Shown: positions 9,175-18,428 of the stretch, piece after piece
Layout: the number at the start of each line of letters is the position of its first letter
Numbering within the stretch: the stretch's first letter is position 1
From: Actinomycetota bacterium
Lineage (GTDB): Bacteria > Actinomycetota > UBA4738 > HRBIN12
NCBI GenBank assembly: GCA_036281075.1
Contig: DASUPO010000105.1
Location: 23,385 to 87,384, forward strand
DNA: 64,000 nucleotides
Reading direction: 5' to 3'
Position numbers and translations under genes: made by a program
The notes under the pieces: generated by a model
Seen by the model: only the letters and a program-made list of their open reading frames with translations
The model's database searches: none
Told to the model about the DNA's origin: nothing

Positions 9175-11499
9175 GTGGCCACGACCCCCAAGCGATCGTC
9201 GAGGGAGTACTCGCCCCGCCACGCCCGGACGAAGCCGGGCGGCGGAGGCAGCGCGCCGGCGCGCCCGCGCCGGACCGGCGGCCGTTCGGGGGGGCTCGAG
9301 CGGCGAGGAGGCAGGCGCGCCGGCGCCGGCCCGCAACGCGGGTTCTTCCGGCGCTACTGGTGGGTCTTCGCGCTCGCCCCGGTCGTCCTCGTCCTGCTCG
9401 GGTTCGGCGCCCTGGCCTTCGCCTACACGCGGATCGAGCTCCCGCGGGCGTTGCCGCCGGTCCAGACGACGTTCGTCTACGACCGCAACGACCAGCTCCT
9501 CTCGACGTTCCACGGATCGGTCGACCGGACCCTGATCCCGTTCGGGCAGATGCCCCGGCACCTCCGCGAGGCCGTGATCGCCGTGGAGGATGCGCGCTTC
9601 TACGAGCACGACGGGGTCGACCTCCGGGGCACGGTCCGCGCCGGCTGGCGCGACCTCGTCGCGCAGGACGCGGTCCAGGGCGGCTCGACGCTCACGCAGC
9701 AGCTCGTCAAGCGCGTCTACGCCGGCAGGTACGTCGAGGGCGAGAACGGGGTCACCGACTACGTGATCCCGCCTCGGACGGTCAAGGAGAAGCTTCGGGA
9801 GGTCCTGCTGGCGATCAAGGTCGAGCGCGCGTTCACGAAGGACGAGATCCTGGCGCGCTACCTGAACACCGTGTACTTCGGCCACGGCGCCTACGGCATC
9901 GAGGCGGCGGCCCGGACGTACTTCGGCGTGCCCGCCCGGCGGCTCACGCTGCCGCAATCGGCCACGCTCGCGGGGATCCTCACGGCGCCGGAGGCCTACG
10001 ACCCGATCGACCATCCGTTCGACACGAAGTTCCGCCGGGACTTCGCGCTCGACCGGATGGTCGAGTTCGGATACCTCGACGACGCGCGGGCCGCGAAGCT
10101 GAAGCGCCAACCCTGCTGCGGCGTGCCCGTCGAGCAGCAGCAGGGATCCGACGCTCAGATCGAAGCGCCCGGGGACGCGGAGTACTTCGTGCAGTACGTG
10201 CGCGAGCGGCTCGCGCGTCGCTACGGCTCCGCGGCCGTCTTCGGCGGTGGCCTCCGCGTGCAGACCACGCTCGATCTCGGCTACCAGGCCGCCGCCGAGC
10301 AGGCGATCGAGGAGGCGCTCCCGAGTCCCCAGGACCCGGGCGCTTCGCTCGTCGCGATCGAGCCGGCGACCGGCCACATCCTCGCGATGGCCGGCGGGAG
10401 GGACTTCGAGACCTCCCAGCTCAACCTCGCCACGTTCCGAGGCGGGACCGGCCGCCAAGCGGGCTCGGCGTTCAAGGCGTTCACCCTCGCCGAGGCGATG
10501 GAGCGCGGGTTCGACCTCGACTCCCAGTGGTACGGGCCGAACACGATCACGATCGACGATCCCGTGTGCGACGGACCGGAGGGGCCCTGGGAGCCGGAGA
10601 ACGCCGAGGGCGGCGGCGGAACCTACTCGCTGCAGTCCGCGACGGCTCACTCCGTGAACACCGTCTACGCGCAGCTGGTGGTCGAGCTCGGGCCGTCGTC
10701 CGTCGTGGACATGGCGCACCGGCTCGGGATCCGCTCCGACCTGCCGGCGGTGTGCGCGATCACCCTCGGCAGCGTCGCCGTGAACCCGACCGAGATGACG
10801 AACGCGTACGCCACGCTCGCCGCCCGCGGGATGCGACACCGGCCGAACCCACTCCTGCAGGTGCGATCGGCCGGCGGCAGGATCGATCCCGACGCGGGGC
10901 TGCCCAAGGGGAGCCAGGTGCTGGACCAGAACGTCGCCGACCTCGTCACGTACGCCCTCCAGGACGTCGTCGAGTACGGCACCGGGGCGTCGGCCCGGCT
11001 GAGCGGGAGCTGGCCGGTCGCCGGCAAGACCGGAACGGCGCAGGACAACGTGGACGCGTGGTTCTGTGGCTACACGGTCCAGATCGCCGCCTGCGTATGG
11101 GTCGGGTACCCGAAGGGTCAGATCCCGCTGGAGGACATCCAGGGTGTCTCCGAGGTGTTCGGCGGCACGATCCCCGCCGACATCTGGCGGACGTTCATGG
11201 AGGCGGCGATGGAGGGGAAGGACTCGGTCGCGTTCCGCACGCCGTCGTTCACCCGGCAGACCGTGACGCCGTCCGCCGAGGCGCCGATCCCGCCGCCGCC
11301 GGAGCCTTCGCCGAGCCCCGAGCCGGAACCGTCGGCGAGCCCGGAGCCGAGTCCTTCACCCTCGTCGCCCCCACCACCCTCGCCGTCCCCGCCCAGCCCG
11401 CCGCCGTCGCCGCCGTCGCCGCCGAGCCCGACGAGCGCACCGGCGGCGATGCCGACGAGCGCAACGGCGGTTGTGGCGACCCGCGATCGGGGCGGCTGA
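9175..11499 (+). CDS. ponA: Class A penicillin-binding protein (transglycosylase/transpeptidase) with a P/S-rich C-terminal tail
   Basis: C-terminal 774 aa of the 1537-aa track ORF. TM segment WWVFALAPVVLVLLGFGALAF. GT51 motifs EDARFYEHDGVD, GGSTLTQQL and RKVREVLLA-like. TPase motifs SAFK (SxxK), SVN and KTGT. GTG start at 9175. Confidence 0.9.
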   Translation: MATTPKRSSREYSPRHARTKPGGGGSAPARPRRTGGRSGGLERRGGRRAGAGPQRGFFRRYWWVFALAPVVLVLLGFGALAFAYTRIELPRALPPVQTTFVYDRNDQLLSTFHGSVDRTLIPFGQMPRHLREAVIAVEDARFYEHDGVDLRGTVRAGWRDLVAQDAVQGGSTLTQQLVKRVYAGRYVEGENGVTDYVIPPRTVKEKLREVLLAIKVERAFTKDEILARYLNTVYFGHGAYGIEAAARTYFGVPARRLTLPQSATLAGILTAPEAYDPIDHPFDTKFRRDFALDRMVEFGYLDDARAAKLKRQPCCGVPVEQQQGSDAQIEAPGDAEYFVQYVRERLARRYGSAAVFGGGLRVQTTLDLGYQAAAEQAIEEALPSPQDPGASLVAIEPATGHILAMAGGRDFETSQLNLATFRGGTGRQAGSAFKAFTLAEAMERGFDLDSQWYGPNTITIDDPVCDGPEGPWEPENAEGGGGTYSLQSATAHSVNTVYAQLVVELGPSSVVDMAHRLGIRSDLPAVCAITLGSVAVNPTEMTNAYATLAARGMRHRPNPLLQVRSAGGRIDPDAGLPKGSQVLDQNVADLVTYALQDVVEYGTGASARLSGSWPVAGKTGTAQDNVDAWFCGYTVQIAACVWVGYPKGQIPLEDIQGVSEVFGGTIPADIWRTFMEAAMEGKDSVAFRTPSFTRQTVTPSAEAPIPPPPEPSPSPEPEPSASPEPSPSPSSPPPPSPSPPSPPPSPPSPPSPTSAPAAMPTSATAVVATRDRGG

Positions 11500-11503
11500 G
11501 TCG

Positions 11504-13585
11504 CTAGCGGACGGCGACGGGGGACTCGACCGCCGCGTCCACCGGGAGCGTCGCCACGATCGATGTTCCACGGCCCGGCGTCGAACGGATCACGAACGTG
11601 CCGTTCGCCAGTTCCACGCGCTCCCGCATCGACGCGAGCCCCACCCGGCCCTGGCGGAGGAACTCCCTCGTCATCGCGCTGTCGAACCCTCGCCCGTCGT
11701 CCTCGACCTCGACCCGCAGGGACGTGGCGGTGGACTCGACGGAGACCACGACGTGCTCGGCCCGCGCGTGCTTCCCGGCGTTCGTCAGGGCCTCCTGCAC
11801 GACGCGGTACGCGAGGGTCTCGAGGTCCGCGGACAGCGGTCGGGGGAGGGACCCCGCCAGGTCCGTCTCCACCCCCTGCTCCACGCCGAACCGCGTGATC
11901 GCCTCCCGGAGGGCCGGCATCAGCCCACGCTCCTCGAGCACGGGGGGACGCAGCCCCGACATCAGCGCCCGGAGGGCGTCCGCCTCGTCGGCGAGCTCCT
12001 TGCGCACCTTCGACAGGACGTCGACCCCGCGGTCCACGTCGCCGGCGCCGATCATCAGCAGCGCCGCCTCGAGCGAGAGGGAGGCCGCGGACACGCCCTG
12101 CACCGGCCCGTCGTGCAGGTCCCTCGCGACCCGGTTCCGCTCCGCCTCGATCGCCGAGTTCGTCCGGCGCAGTAGGCTGGTCCGGTCCTCGTCCTTCTCC
12201 TGCAGGAACTTGAGCAGCGACCGGATCGTCTGGTCCGCCGCCTTCCCCGGCGTCACGTCACGGATCAGGACGAGCCGGCGGGGCGGGTCCGTCGGGATCT
12301 CGGAGACGCGCGACTCGAGGTAGAGCGGGGTCCCGTCCGAGCGCTCGAGCTGCGCCTGCCCGGCCGAAGGCAGGTCCGCGAACCTCGCGTCGGCGCCGTC
12401 GAGTGACGCGGCGAGTGCCTGCCACCGCTTGCCCGCGACGGTCTCGCGATCGAGGTGGACCATCTGACAGAACGCCTCGTTCGCGCGGACGACCACGTCC
12501 TTCTCGTCGAGCTCGACGATCCCGTCCACCGCGGTGTCGAACACGAGTCGCAGGTGCTCCTCGGACCGCTTCAGGGTGTCGGCGGCCTCTCGCTCGCGGT
12601 CGAGCGCGGCGTCGGTGTCGGCGAGCGCCGTTTCCTTCTGTTCGAGCGCACGGCGGACCGAATCGGTCGCCTGGGTCACGGTGATCTGGTTCGCGATGAT
12701 CCGGACCGCGACGACGATCGCCAGGACGCCGATGAACAGTCCCGTCTGCAGCCCGGTGAGTCCACGGTCCTCGCCGACCACCCCCGTGACCAGCAGCGCG
12801 GCGCACGCCGCGATCACGGCGGCGCTCGTCAGGATCGGCCGCGCGGACCGCGACGGGTGGGGCAGCTCCGCCGCGGGCCGGATCACGAGGTAGGTCGCCA
12901 CGACGGCGAGCGGTGACAGCGCGATCCCGAGCTCGACCCACGCGTTCGCCGCCTCGTCGATCGAACTCGTCCACTGGGCGCCGAACGCCAGCACGGCGGC
13001 GCCCAGCGCCGCGAAGACGCTGCCGCGCGCGACGTGCGCCCGCGTCGGGACCCAGATCGCGAGGGCCGGGTAGGTGGCGACCAGGAACGCCGTCACGAGG
13101 GCGAACGAGACGGCCGCCGCGGACGCCCCGGGGGTCGCGTCGCTCGGGCGGATCAGCACGTACCCGGCGGCGGTCAGCGCGCTCACGATCAGCGCGGCGT
13201 CGGTCGCGAGCTCGCGGCGGTCGCGGGATGGGACGTGATGGCGGATCTCGCTCCCGAACCCGGCGACGAGCGTGACCAGCGGGAGGAGGAACAACAGGTG
13301 GGCGAATCCGGGCTCGCCCAGCGAGACGAAGAGGAGGCCGATCACCGCCGCGCCGATCAGGAACGTGAACCCGACGGCCCGCGCGCTCCGCGCGACGCGC
13401 CCTTCGCGGAGCGACAGCAGGACGACCCCGCTCATGAACCACGCGACCGCGGCGATCAGGTTCACCACGAAGGGGCGCCGCTGCGGATCGTCCGGGGCGG
13501 CGAGGTACACGCCGACGATCACGGCCGCGGTCGCGCCGAGCGCGATCGCGGCCAGGGTGCGACGGGGGAACGGGGAGTCGCGCAT
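11504..13585 (-). CDS. Multi-TM PAS sensor histidine kinase (HisKA_3/NarX-type)
   Basis: About 8 N-terminal TM helices, a PAS-like segment (EHLRLVFDTAVDGIVELDE), an H-box (ARDLHDGPVQGV) and an HATPase_c domain (NAGKHA..DDGRGF..GLASMRER). ATG 13583-13585 with a GAGGG SD chosen; GTG 13651 is the alternative. Confidence 0.85.
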   Translation of the reverse strand: MRDSPFPRRTLAAIALGATAAVIVGVYLAAPDDPQRRPFVVNLIAAVAWFMSGVVLLSLREGRVARSARAVGFTFLIGAAVIGLLFVSLGEPGFAHLLFLLPLVTLVAGFGSEIRHHVPSRDRRELATDAALIVSALTAAGYVLIRPSDATPGASAAAVSFALVTAFLVATYPALAIWVPTRAHVARGSVFAALGAAVLAFGAQWTSSIDEAANAWVELGIALSPLAVVATYLVIRPAAELPHPSRSARPILTSAAVIAACAALLVTGVVGEDRGLTGLQTGLFIGVLAIVVAVRIIANQITVTQATDSVRRALEQKETALADTDAALDREREAADTLKRSEEHLRLVFDTAVDGIVELDEKDVVVRANEAFCQMVHLDRETVAGKRWQALAASLDGADARFADLPSAGQAQLERSDGTPLYLESRVSEIPTDPPRRLVLIRDVTPGKAADQTIRSLLKFLQEKDEDRTSLLRRTNSAIEAERNRVARDLHDGPVQGVSAASLSLEAALLMIGAGDVDRGVDVLSKVRKELADEADALRALMSGLRPPVLEERGLMPALREAITRFGVEQGVETDLAGSLPRPLSADLETLAYRVVQEALTNAGKHARAEHVVVSVESTATSLRVEVEDDGRGFDSAMTREFLRQGRVGLASMRERVELANGTFVIRSTPGRGTSIVATLPVDAAVESPVAVR

Positions 13586-13688
13586 CTCGGCCCTCAATGA
13601 TGCCGCGTCGCCGTCGGCGACTCCATCACCCGGTCGTCCGACGCGCTCCACCGAACGGCCTACGACGGGAGGTCCGGGGGTGGCGTGG

Positions 13689-14327
13689 TTACTCGATCAG
13701 GCGCCGACGGAGCGCCTCGGCGACCGCCGCCGTGCGGTCGGACGCGCCGAGCTTCTCGAAGATGTGCTCGAGGTGGGTCTTCACGGTGTCGGGCGAGATG
13801 TACAGGCGCTCGGCGATGTCGCGGTTCGTGTGCCCGAACGCGAGCAGTTGGAGGACCTCGATCTCGCGCGCTGTGAGCGTCTCGGCCCGCCGGTCCCGTT
13901 CCTTCGCGGTCGACAGCTCCTCGGCCAGCGCGACGACGAGCTGTGGATCGATCACCATGTTCCCGCCGGCGACGAGCCGGACCGTCTGGATCAAGTGCTC
14001 CGCGTCGCGCGCCTTGAGGACGTAGCCGCGCGCTCCGGCGCGGACGGCCTCCACCACGAACTGACGATCGTCGTAGGCGGTGAGCATGATCACGCCCACG
14101 TTCCCGTGGTTGTCCCGGATCTCTCGGGCCGCCTCGAGCCCGTCCATCTCGGGCATCCGGATGTCGATCAGCGCGATGTCCGGCGACTCCTTGGAGACGA
14201 GGTCGAGCAGCTCCTTGCCGTTCGAGGCCTCGCCGACCACCTCGATGCCGTCGGCCATGTCGAGGTACCGGCGGAGTCCCTGCCGGACGAGCGAGTGGTC
14301 GTCGGCGATGGCAACCTTGATCGTCAC
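13689..14327 (-). CDS. NarL/LuxR-family response regulator
   Basis: VTIKVAIADDHSLVRQGL..DIALIDIRMPEMDG..LTAREIEVLQLLAFGHTNRDIAERLYISPDTVKTH. GTG 14325-14327 is preceded by a GGAGGT SD. Confidence 0.9.
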   Translation of the reverse strand: MTIKVAIADDHSLVRQGLRRYLDMADGIEVVGEASNGKELLDLVSKESPDIALIDIRMPEMDGLEAAREIRDNHGNVGVIMLTAYDDRQFVVEAVRAGARGYVLKARDAEHLIQTVRLVAGGNMVIDPQLVVALAEELSTAKERDRRAETLTAREIEVLQLLAFGHTNRDIAERLYISPDTVKTHLEHIFEKLGASDRTAAVAEALRRRLIE

Positions 14328-14416
14328 GGCACCTCCGGGTCGTCCGTTCGGTCTCGAGGGTCGGCACATCCTACCCCGGTCACGATGCGCGTTCAGAACG
14401 TCGGCACGAGCGCTCG

Positions 14417-15562
14417 CTAGAAGAGATGCCACCAGTTCACGAACAGCAGCGCGCACACGGCCCAGCCCGCCGCGAGCACGGCCGTTACCAGCACCGAGGG
14501 GACCTTCCGCCCGAGGCCGACCCCGGAGAGCCCCCACAGCGCGGGGAACACGACGGCGACGAACCGCGGCATCGAGAGCAACGGCCGACCGGGGAACGGA
14601 TCGAACAGCGGCAGCGAGAGGCTGAGGACGCCGTAGACGCGCTCGGAGCCTCGCAGGGCCGGGAACGCGAGGACGAGGCCGGCGATCGCGAGCGCCATGA
14701 TCGACAGGTCGAGGAGCCAGTACGAACGCAACGTCCACGCCAGGTCGATCGCGCTGCCGAGCGAGACCCACGGCGGCTGCAGCTCACGCCCCCACGCTCG
14801 CTGGGCGTCGAGCGGGGCCAGCCAGTCGTCGTGCTCCAGTCCCCACCAGGCGAACCACGCGACCGGGGCGAGGGCGATCGCGGCGACGCCGGTGGCGCGC
14901 GCGAGGATCGCGCGCGCGCCGTCGGCGCGCCCGGCCACCGCCTCGACCAGGAGCGTGGGGATCAGCAGGATCCCCACGCTCCGCGTGAGCGCCGCGCCGG
15001 CGCCGAAGAGCGCCACCCGCGCCCAGCGATCGTGCCGCGCCGCCCGGAACGCGAGCAGCGAGAGGAACAGGAACAGCGACTCCGTGTACGGCGCGAGGAA
15101 GAAGATCGCGGTCGGGAAGATCGCGGTCACCACGATCGCTCGCCTCGCGGCGCGTTCGCCGAACGCGTCCGCCGTGAGCGCGAAGAGGGCGAGCAGCGCC
15201 CCGAGGAACGCGAGGTTCGAAACGAGGATCGCCGCGAACAGGTCGTCCCCGGGCAGGACCCAGGACACGACCCGGACCGCGAGCGGGTACAGGGGTGAGA
15301 AGGCGGCGCTCGCGTCCTCGGTCGACCATCCGCGATCGGCGAGGCGCAGGTACCAGACCGCGTCCTGCCGCTCCGTGGCGTCGATCGCGTTGTGCCACCC
15401 GGACGTGGCCGCCGGCCCGGGCCGGCCCGGGACGTCCACGGGATCGCGCGGCTCGATCAGCCCCACCGCGATCACGGAGAGCAGGGACAGGCCGATCCGA
15501 GCCGCGAGGAACACGGCGAGGCAGGGTCGGAGCCCGTCGCGGAGGCGCCGCCGTTCCGTCAC
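14417..15562 (-). CDS. PIG-V-like polytopic mannosyltransferase family protein
   Basis: FSPLYPLAVR, VSNLAFLGALLALFAL, LTRSVGILLI and many TM helices. Its start GTG overlaps the stop of the upstream gene (GTGA at 15559-15562). Confidence 0.6.
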   Translation of the reverse strand: MTERRRLRDGLRPCLAVFLAARIGLSLLSVIAVGLIEPRDPVDVPGRPGPAATSGWHNAIDATERQDAVWYLRLADRGWSTEDASAAFSPLYPLAVRVVSWVLPGDDLFAAILVSNLAFLGALLALFALTADAFGERAARRAIVVTAIFPTAIFFLAPYTESLFLFLSLLAFRAARHDRWARVALFGAGAALTRSVGILLIPTLLVEAVAGRADGARAILARATGVAAIALAPVAWFAWWGLEHDDWLAPLDAQRAWGRELQPPWVSLGSAIDLAWTLRSYWLLDLSIMALAIAGLVLAFPALRGSERVYGVLSLSLPLFDPFPGRPLLSMPRFVAVVFPALWGLSGVGLGRKVPSVLVTAVLAAGWAVCALLFVNWWHLF

Positions 15563-16875
15563 GGCCGGCGCGCCTCGACGGGCCGGGCGGCCTCCACCCC
15601 CTCGATCGGCACCCGTCGGCTCGGTTCGCGGATCCACGCCACCACGCACCACACGAGGACGCCGGCGCGGAGCACGACCGCCGTCTCGAAGACCCACTGG
15701 GGCAGCCCTCCCACCCCCGTCTCCTCGCCGAAGAACGAGAAGCGCGTCAGCAGGACCGCGAGGTCCGCGGCCTCGAACGCGAGGAACCCACGGGGGCCCG
15801 GGAGGACCAGGACGAGCCAGGGGAGGAGCCACAGGCTGAACTGCGGCGAGTAGACCTTCCCCACGAGGAGGAACGCGACGAGGATCGGGAATGCGAGCTG
15901 CCACCGGGGGAAGTCGGGCTCGCGGCGCCGCTTGACCAGCCAGACGCCCGCCACCACGGCGACGAGCAGGACGACCGACCCGAGGTTGACCGCCCACGTG
16001 GGCGGACACCACCCGACGTGGCGGCACACGAGGTACCAGCCGCTGTCCCAGTCGGCGGGTCGAGCGCCGTTGAACCGGAAGAACTCCCACCATCCGCGGA
16101 GGCCGCCGAGGGCGAAGGGCAGGTTCACCGCCACCCAGGCCGCGGCGGCCGACCACCACAGCACGATCGCGCGGTCGGGCTGCCGGTCGTGGAGCCGCGC
16201 CGCCGCGAACGGCACGAGCAGGAGCCCCGGCATCAGCTTCGCCGCCGCGCCGAGCCCGAGCAGCGAACCCGACCAGCCGTCCCGGCGTCGGAAGAACGCG
16301 AGCAACGCCGCCGTCGACAGGGCGACGACGAGCAGGTCCCAGTTCACGAACGCCTGCAGCGCGAGCGTCGGGGCGAGCGCGAACCAGAGCGCGCGTCGCG
16401 GGTCGATCACGTACAGGCAGCCGGCCGCGATCGCGGCGCAGATCGACAGGAGGATCGCGTTGACCCAGAAGAAGCGCGAGGCGTCACCGTTCGCGAGCCA
16501 CCCCGCCGCCCGCATCAGGTACATCGTGAGCACCGGGTACTCGTCGCAGTTGTCGGCGGCCGCGACGCACTCGTCGAGGAACGGGAGCCGGCCGCCCGCG
16601 AGCTGCTCCGTGCCGAACAGCGGCACGATGTCCGTGTAGCAGAGGAGCCGATACTGCCGACCGTCGGCCCAGTCGCCGCCGGCGCACGGCGCCTTGTGCG
16701 CGGCGCCGACCAGCAGCGTTCCGGCGAGGCAGGCGAGGACGAGCCCGAAGCTGATCGCCGCGCCGCCCGCGGTGCCCGTTCCCGCCGGCCTCCCCGGCGC
16801 TCGGACCGACTCCTCCGCCGGCTCGCTCACCGACCCTTCCGAGCCGTCGCCGGCGTGGCGGTCCACGCGCCGCAT
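15559..16875 (-). CDS. GT87/DUF2029-family polytopic glycosyltransferase (Rv0051-like)
   Basis: C-terminal 438 aa of track ORF 15559..17340 from ATG 16873-16875. Motifs DEYPVLTMYLM, FVNWDLLVVAL, AAKLMPGLLL and YSPQFSLWLLPW. Confidence 0.7.
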   Translation of the reverse strand: MRRVDRHAGDGSEGSVSEPAEESVRAPGRPAGTGTAGGAAISFGLVLACLAGTLLVGAAHKAPCAGGDWADGRQYRLLCYTDIVPLFGTEQLAGGRLPFLDECVAAADNCDEYPVLTMYLMRAAGWLANGDASRFFWVNAILLSICAAIAAGCLYVIDPRRALWFALAPTLALQAFVNWDLLVVALSTAALLAFFRRRDGWSGSLLGLGAAAKLMPGLLLVPFAAARLHDRQPDRAIVLWWSAAAAWVAVNLPFALGGLRGWWEFFRFNGARPADWDSGWYLVCRHVGWCPPTWAVNLGSVVLLVAVVAGVWLVKRRREPDFPRWQLAFPILVAFLLVGKVYSPQFSLWLLPWLVLVLPGPRGFLAFEAADLAVLLTRFSFFGEETGVGGLPQWVFETAVVLRAGVLVWCVVAWIREPSRRVPIEGVEAARPVEARRP

Positions 16876-16931
16876 CGTACCGAGGCGCCGCCTCTCCGCT
16901 CGCCGCTCCCTCGGAGGGTGACCGTGTGAGC

Positions 16932-16948
16932 GAACACTCGTAGAGTTC
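16932..16948. promoter_or_regulatory. Imperfect inverted repeat overlapping a TAGAGT -10-like hexamer upstream of the merR-family gene
   Basis: GAACACT-cgt-AGAGTTC (6 of 7 arm positions pair). It is followed by an 11-nt direct repeat GGTCGTGAGGT at 16951-16961 and 16965-16975. Confidence 0.3.
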
Positions 16949-16968
16949 CCGGTCGTGAGGTCGTGGTC

Positions 16969-17733
16969 GTGAGGTACCGCGTGGAGCAGCTCGCGAGCGC
17001 CTGCGACGTGTCGGTCGACACCGTTCGCTACTACCAGTCCCGGGGTCTGCTGCCGCAGCCCGACAAGGAGGGACGGGTGGCCTGGTACGGGACGGAGCAC
17101 GCGGACCGGATCCGCCGGATCCGCGCGCTCCAGCGGCAGGGGCTGACGCTCGCGGCGATCCGGCGGGTGCTCGACGGGGAGCTGGGGATCGCCGACGCGG
17201 GGCTCGCCGCGGCCGTGGCGGCGGAGCGAGGGGAGACGGCCGATGGGGAGCTGCTGACGCTGGCCGCGTTCGCGAGCGCGAGCGGCGTCCCGGCGTCGCT
17301 GATCCAGGCCGTCGAGCGCGAGGGGATCCGGATCGGACACCGGGTAGACGGGGAGATCCGCTACACGCCCGGCGACATCGAGCTCGTCCGCACGGCGCTC
17401 CGTCTGTTGGACTTCGGGCTACCCCTGGGCGACCTGCTCGGACTGGCCCGGGACGCCGACGAGGCGATGCGAGGGCTGGCGGTGCGAGCCGTCGACCTGT
17501 TCGACGAGCACGTCCGCAAGCCGATCCGCGACACGGCCGAGGACGCGGACGCCGCGGGCTCGCGGATGGTCGAGGCGTTCCGGGAGCTGCTGCCGGCCGT
17601 GACGACGCTCGTGTCCCATCATTTCCGTCGTGTCCTGCTGGAGGTGGCGGAGCGGCACATCGAGGCGTCGGACGACGTGCCCGAGCCGTCGGCGCACGGC
17701 GAGGTGGCGCCGGCCGACCGCGCACGCGCGTGA
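16969..17733 (+). CDS. MerR-family transcriptional regulator
   Basis: RYRVEQLASACDVSVDTVRYYQSRGLLP is the HTH_MerR signature. GTG 16969 is preferred because GAGG lies 8 nt upstream. The track ORF starts at 16963. Confidence 0.85.
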   Translation: MRYRVEQLASACDVSVDTVRYYQSRGLLPQPDKEGRVAWYGTEHADRIRRIRALQRQGLTLAAIRRVLDGELGIADAGLAAAVAAERGETADGELLTLAAFASASGVPASLIQAVEREGIRIGHRVDGEIRYTPGDIELVRTALRLLDFGLPLGDLLGLARDADEAMRGLAVRAVDLFDEHVRKPIRDTAEDADAAGSRMVEAFRELLPAVTTLVSHHFRRVLLEVAERHIEASDDVPEPSAHGEVAPADRARA

Positions 17734-18428
17734 GCGTCCCGCCCGACCCCGGGCTCCCACAGGGCGAGGAGAAGGCCCGGACGGTCCGCCGCCTGTTCGA
17801 CACGATCGGTCCGCGGTACGACCTCGTGAACCGCGTGATGACGTTCGGGATGGACGTCGGATGGCGCCGGCGGACGGTCCGCGAGCTCGCCCTTCCCGGC
17901 GGCTCGGTCGTGTTCGACCTCGCGTGCGGGACGGGAGACATGTGTCGAGAGCTCGGCGCCGCGGGGTATCGGGCGGTCGGGTTCGACTTCTCCCACGGGA
18001 TGCTCCGCAACGCGCGGACGGCGGCGCCGCTCGTGGAGGCCGACGTGCTTCGGCTCCCCGTGCGCGAGGCCAGCGCGGACGGGGCGACGTGCGGCTTCGC
18101 GCTGCGAAACGTCGTCTCGCTGGACGCCCTGTTCGAGGAGCTCGCGAGGGTGGTTCGGCCCGGCGGCCGGATCTCCCTGCTCGAGACCGGACAGCCGGAG
18201 CGGGGGCTCCTGCGGGCGGGGCATCGTCTGTACTTCCGGCGGATCGTCCCCGTGATCGGCGGGCTCCTGTCGGATCGCGACGCGTACGCCTACCTGCCGC
18301 GGTCGGTCGCCTACCTGCCGCCGCCGCACGACCTGCTCGGCATGTTCGACGACGCCGGGTTCCCGGACGCTCGGCGGGTGCCGCTCGGCGGGGGCGTCAC
18401 GCAGCTCTTCGTCGCGACGCGACGATGA
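17730..18428 (+). CDS. menG: Demethylmenaquinone methyltransferase (UbiE/MenG)
   Basis: VRRLFDTIGPRYDLVNRVMTFGMD..WRR, DLACGTGD, LRNV. The GTG start overlaps the merR stop (GTGA). Confidence 0.85.
   Translation: MSVPPDPGLPQGEEKARTVRRLFDTIGPRYDLVNRVMTFGMDVGWRRRTVRELALPGGSVVFDLACGTGDMCRELGAAGYRAVGFDFSHGMLRNARTAAPLVEADVLRLPVREASADGATCGFALRNVVSLDALFEELARVVRPGGRISLLETGQPERGLLRAGHRLYFRRIVPVIGGLLSDRDAYAYLPRSVAYLPPPHDLLGMFDDAGFPDARRVPLGGGVTQLFVATRR

Noticed and set aside
6886-11499. 1537-aa ORF that would fuse the pseudogene region, the antisense of the DDAH-like gene and PBP1A into a single protein.
   Set aside because: Only the last 774 aa (from GTG 9175) carry PBP motifs. The middle part is antisense junk. 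The same treatment applies to other track ORFs whose real gene is only the C-terminal part (1810..4230, 3126..4925, 4903..6858, 14417..16159, 15559..17340, 20154..22382 and others).
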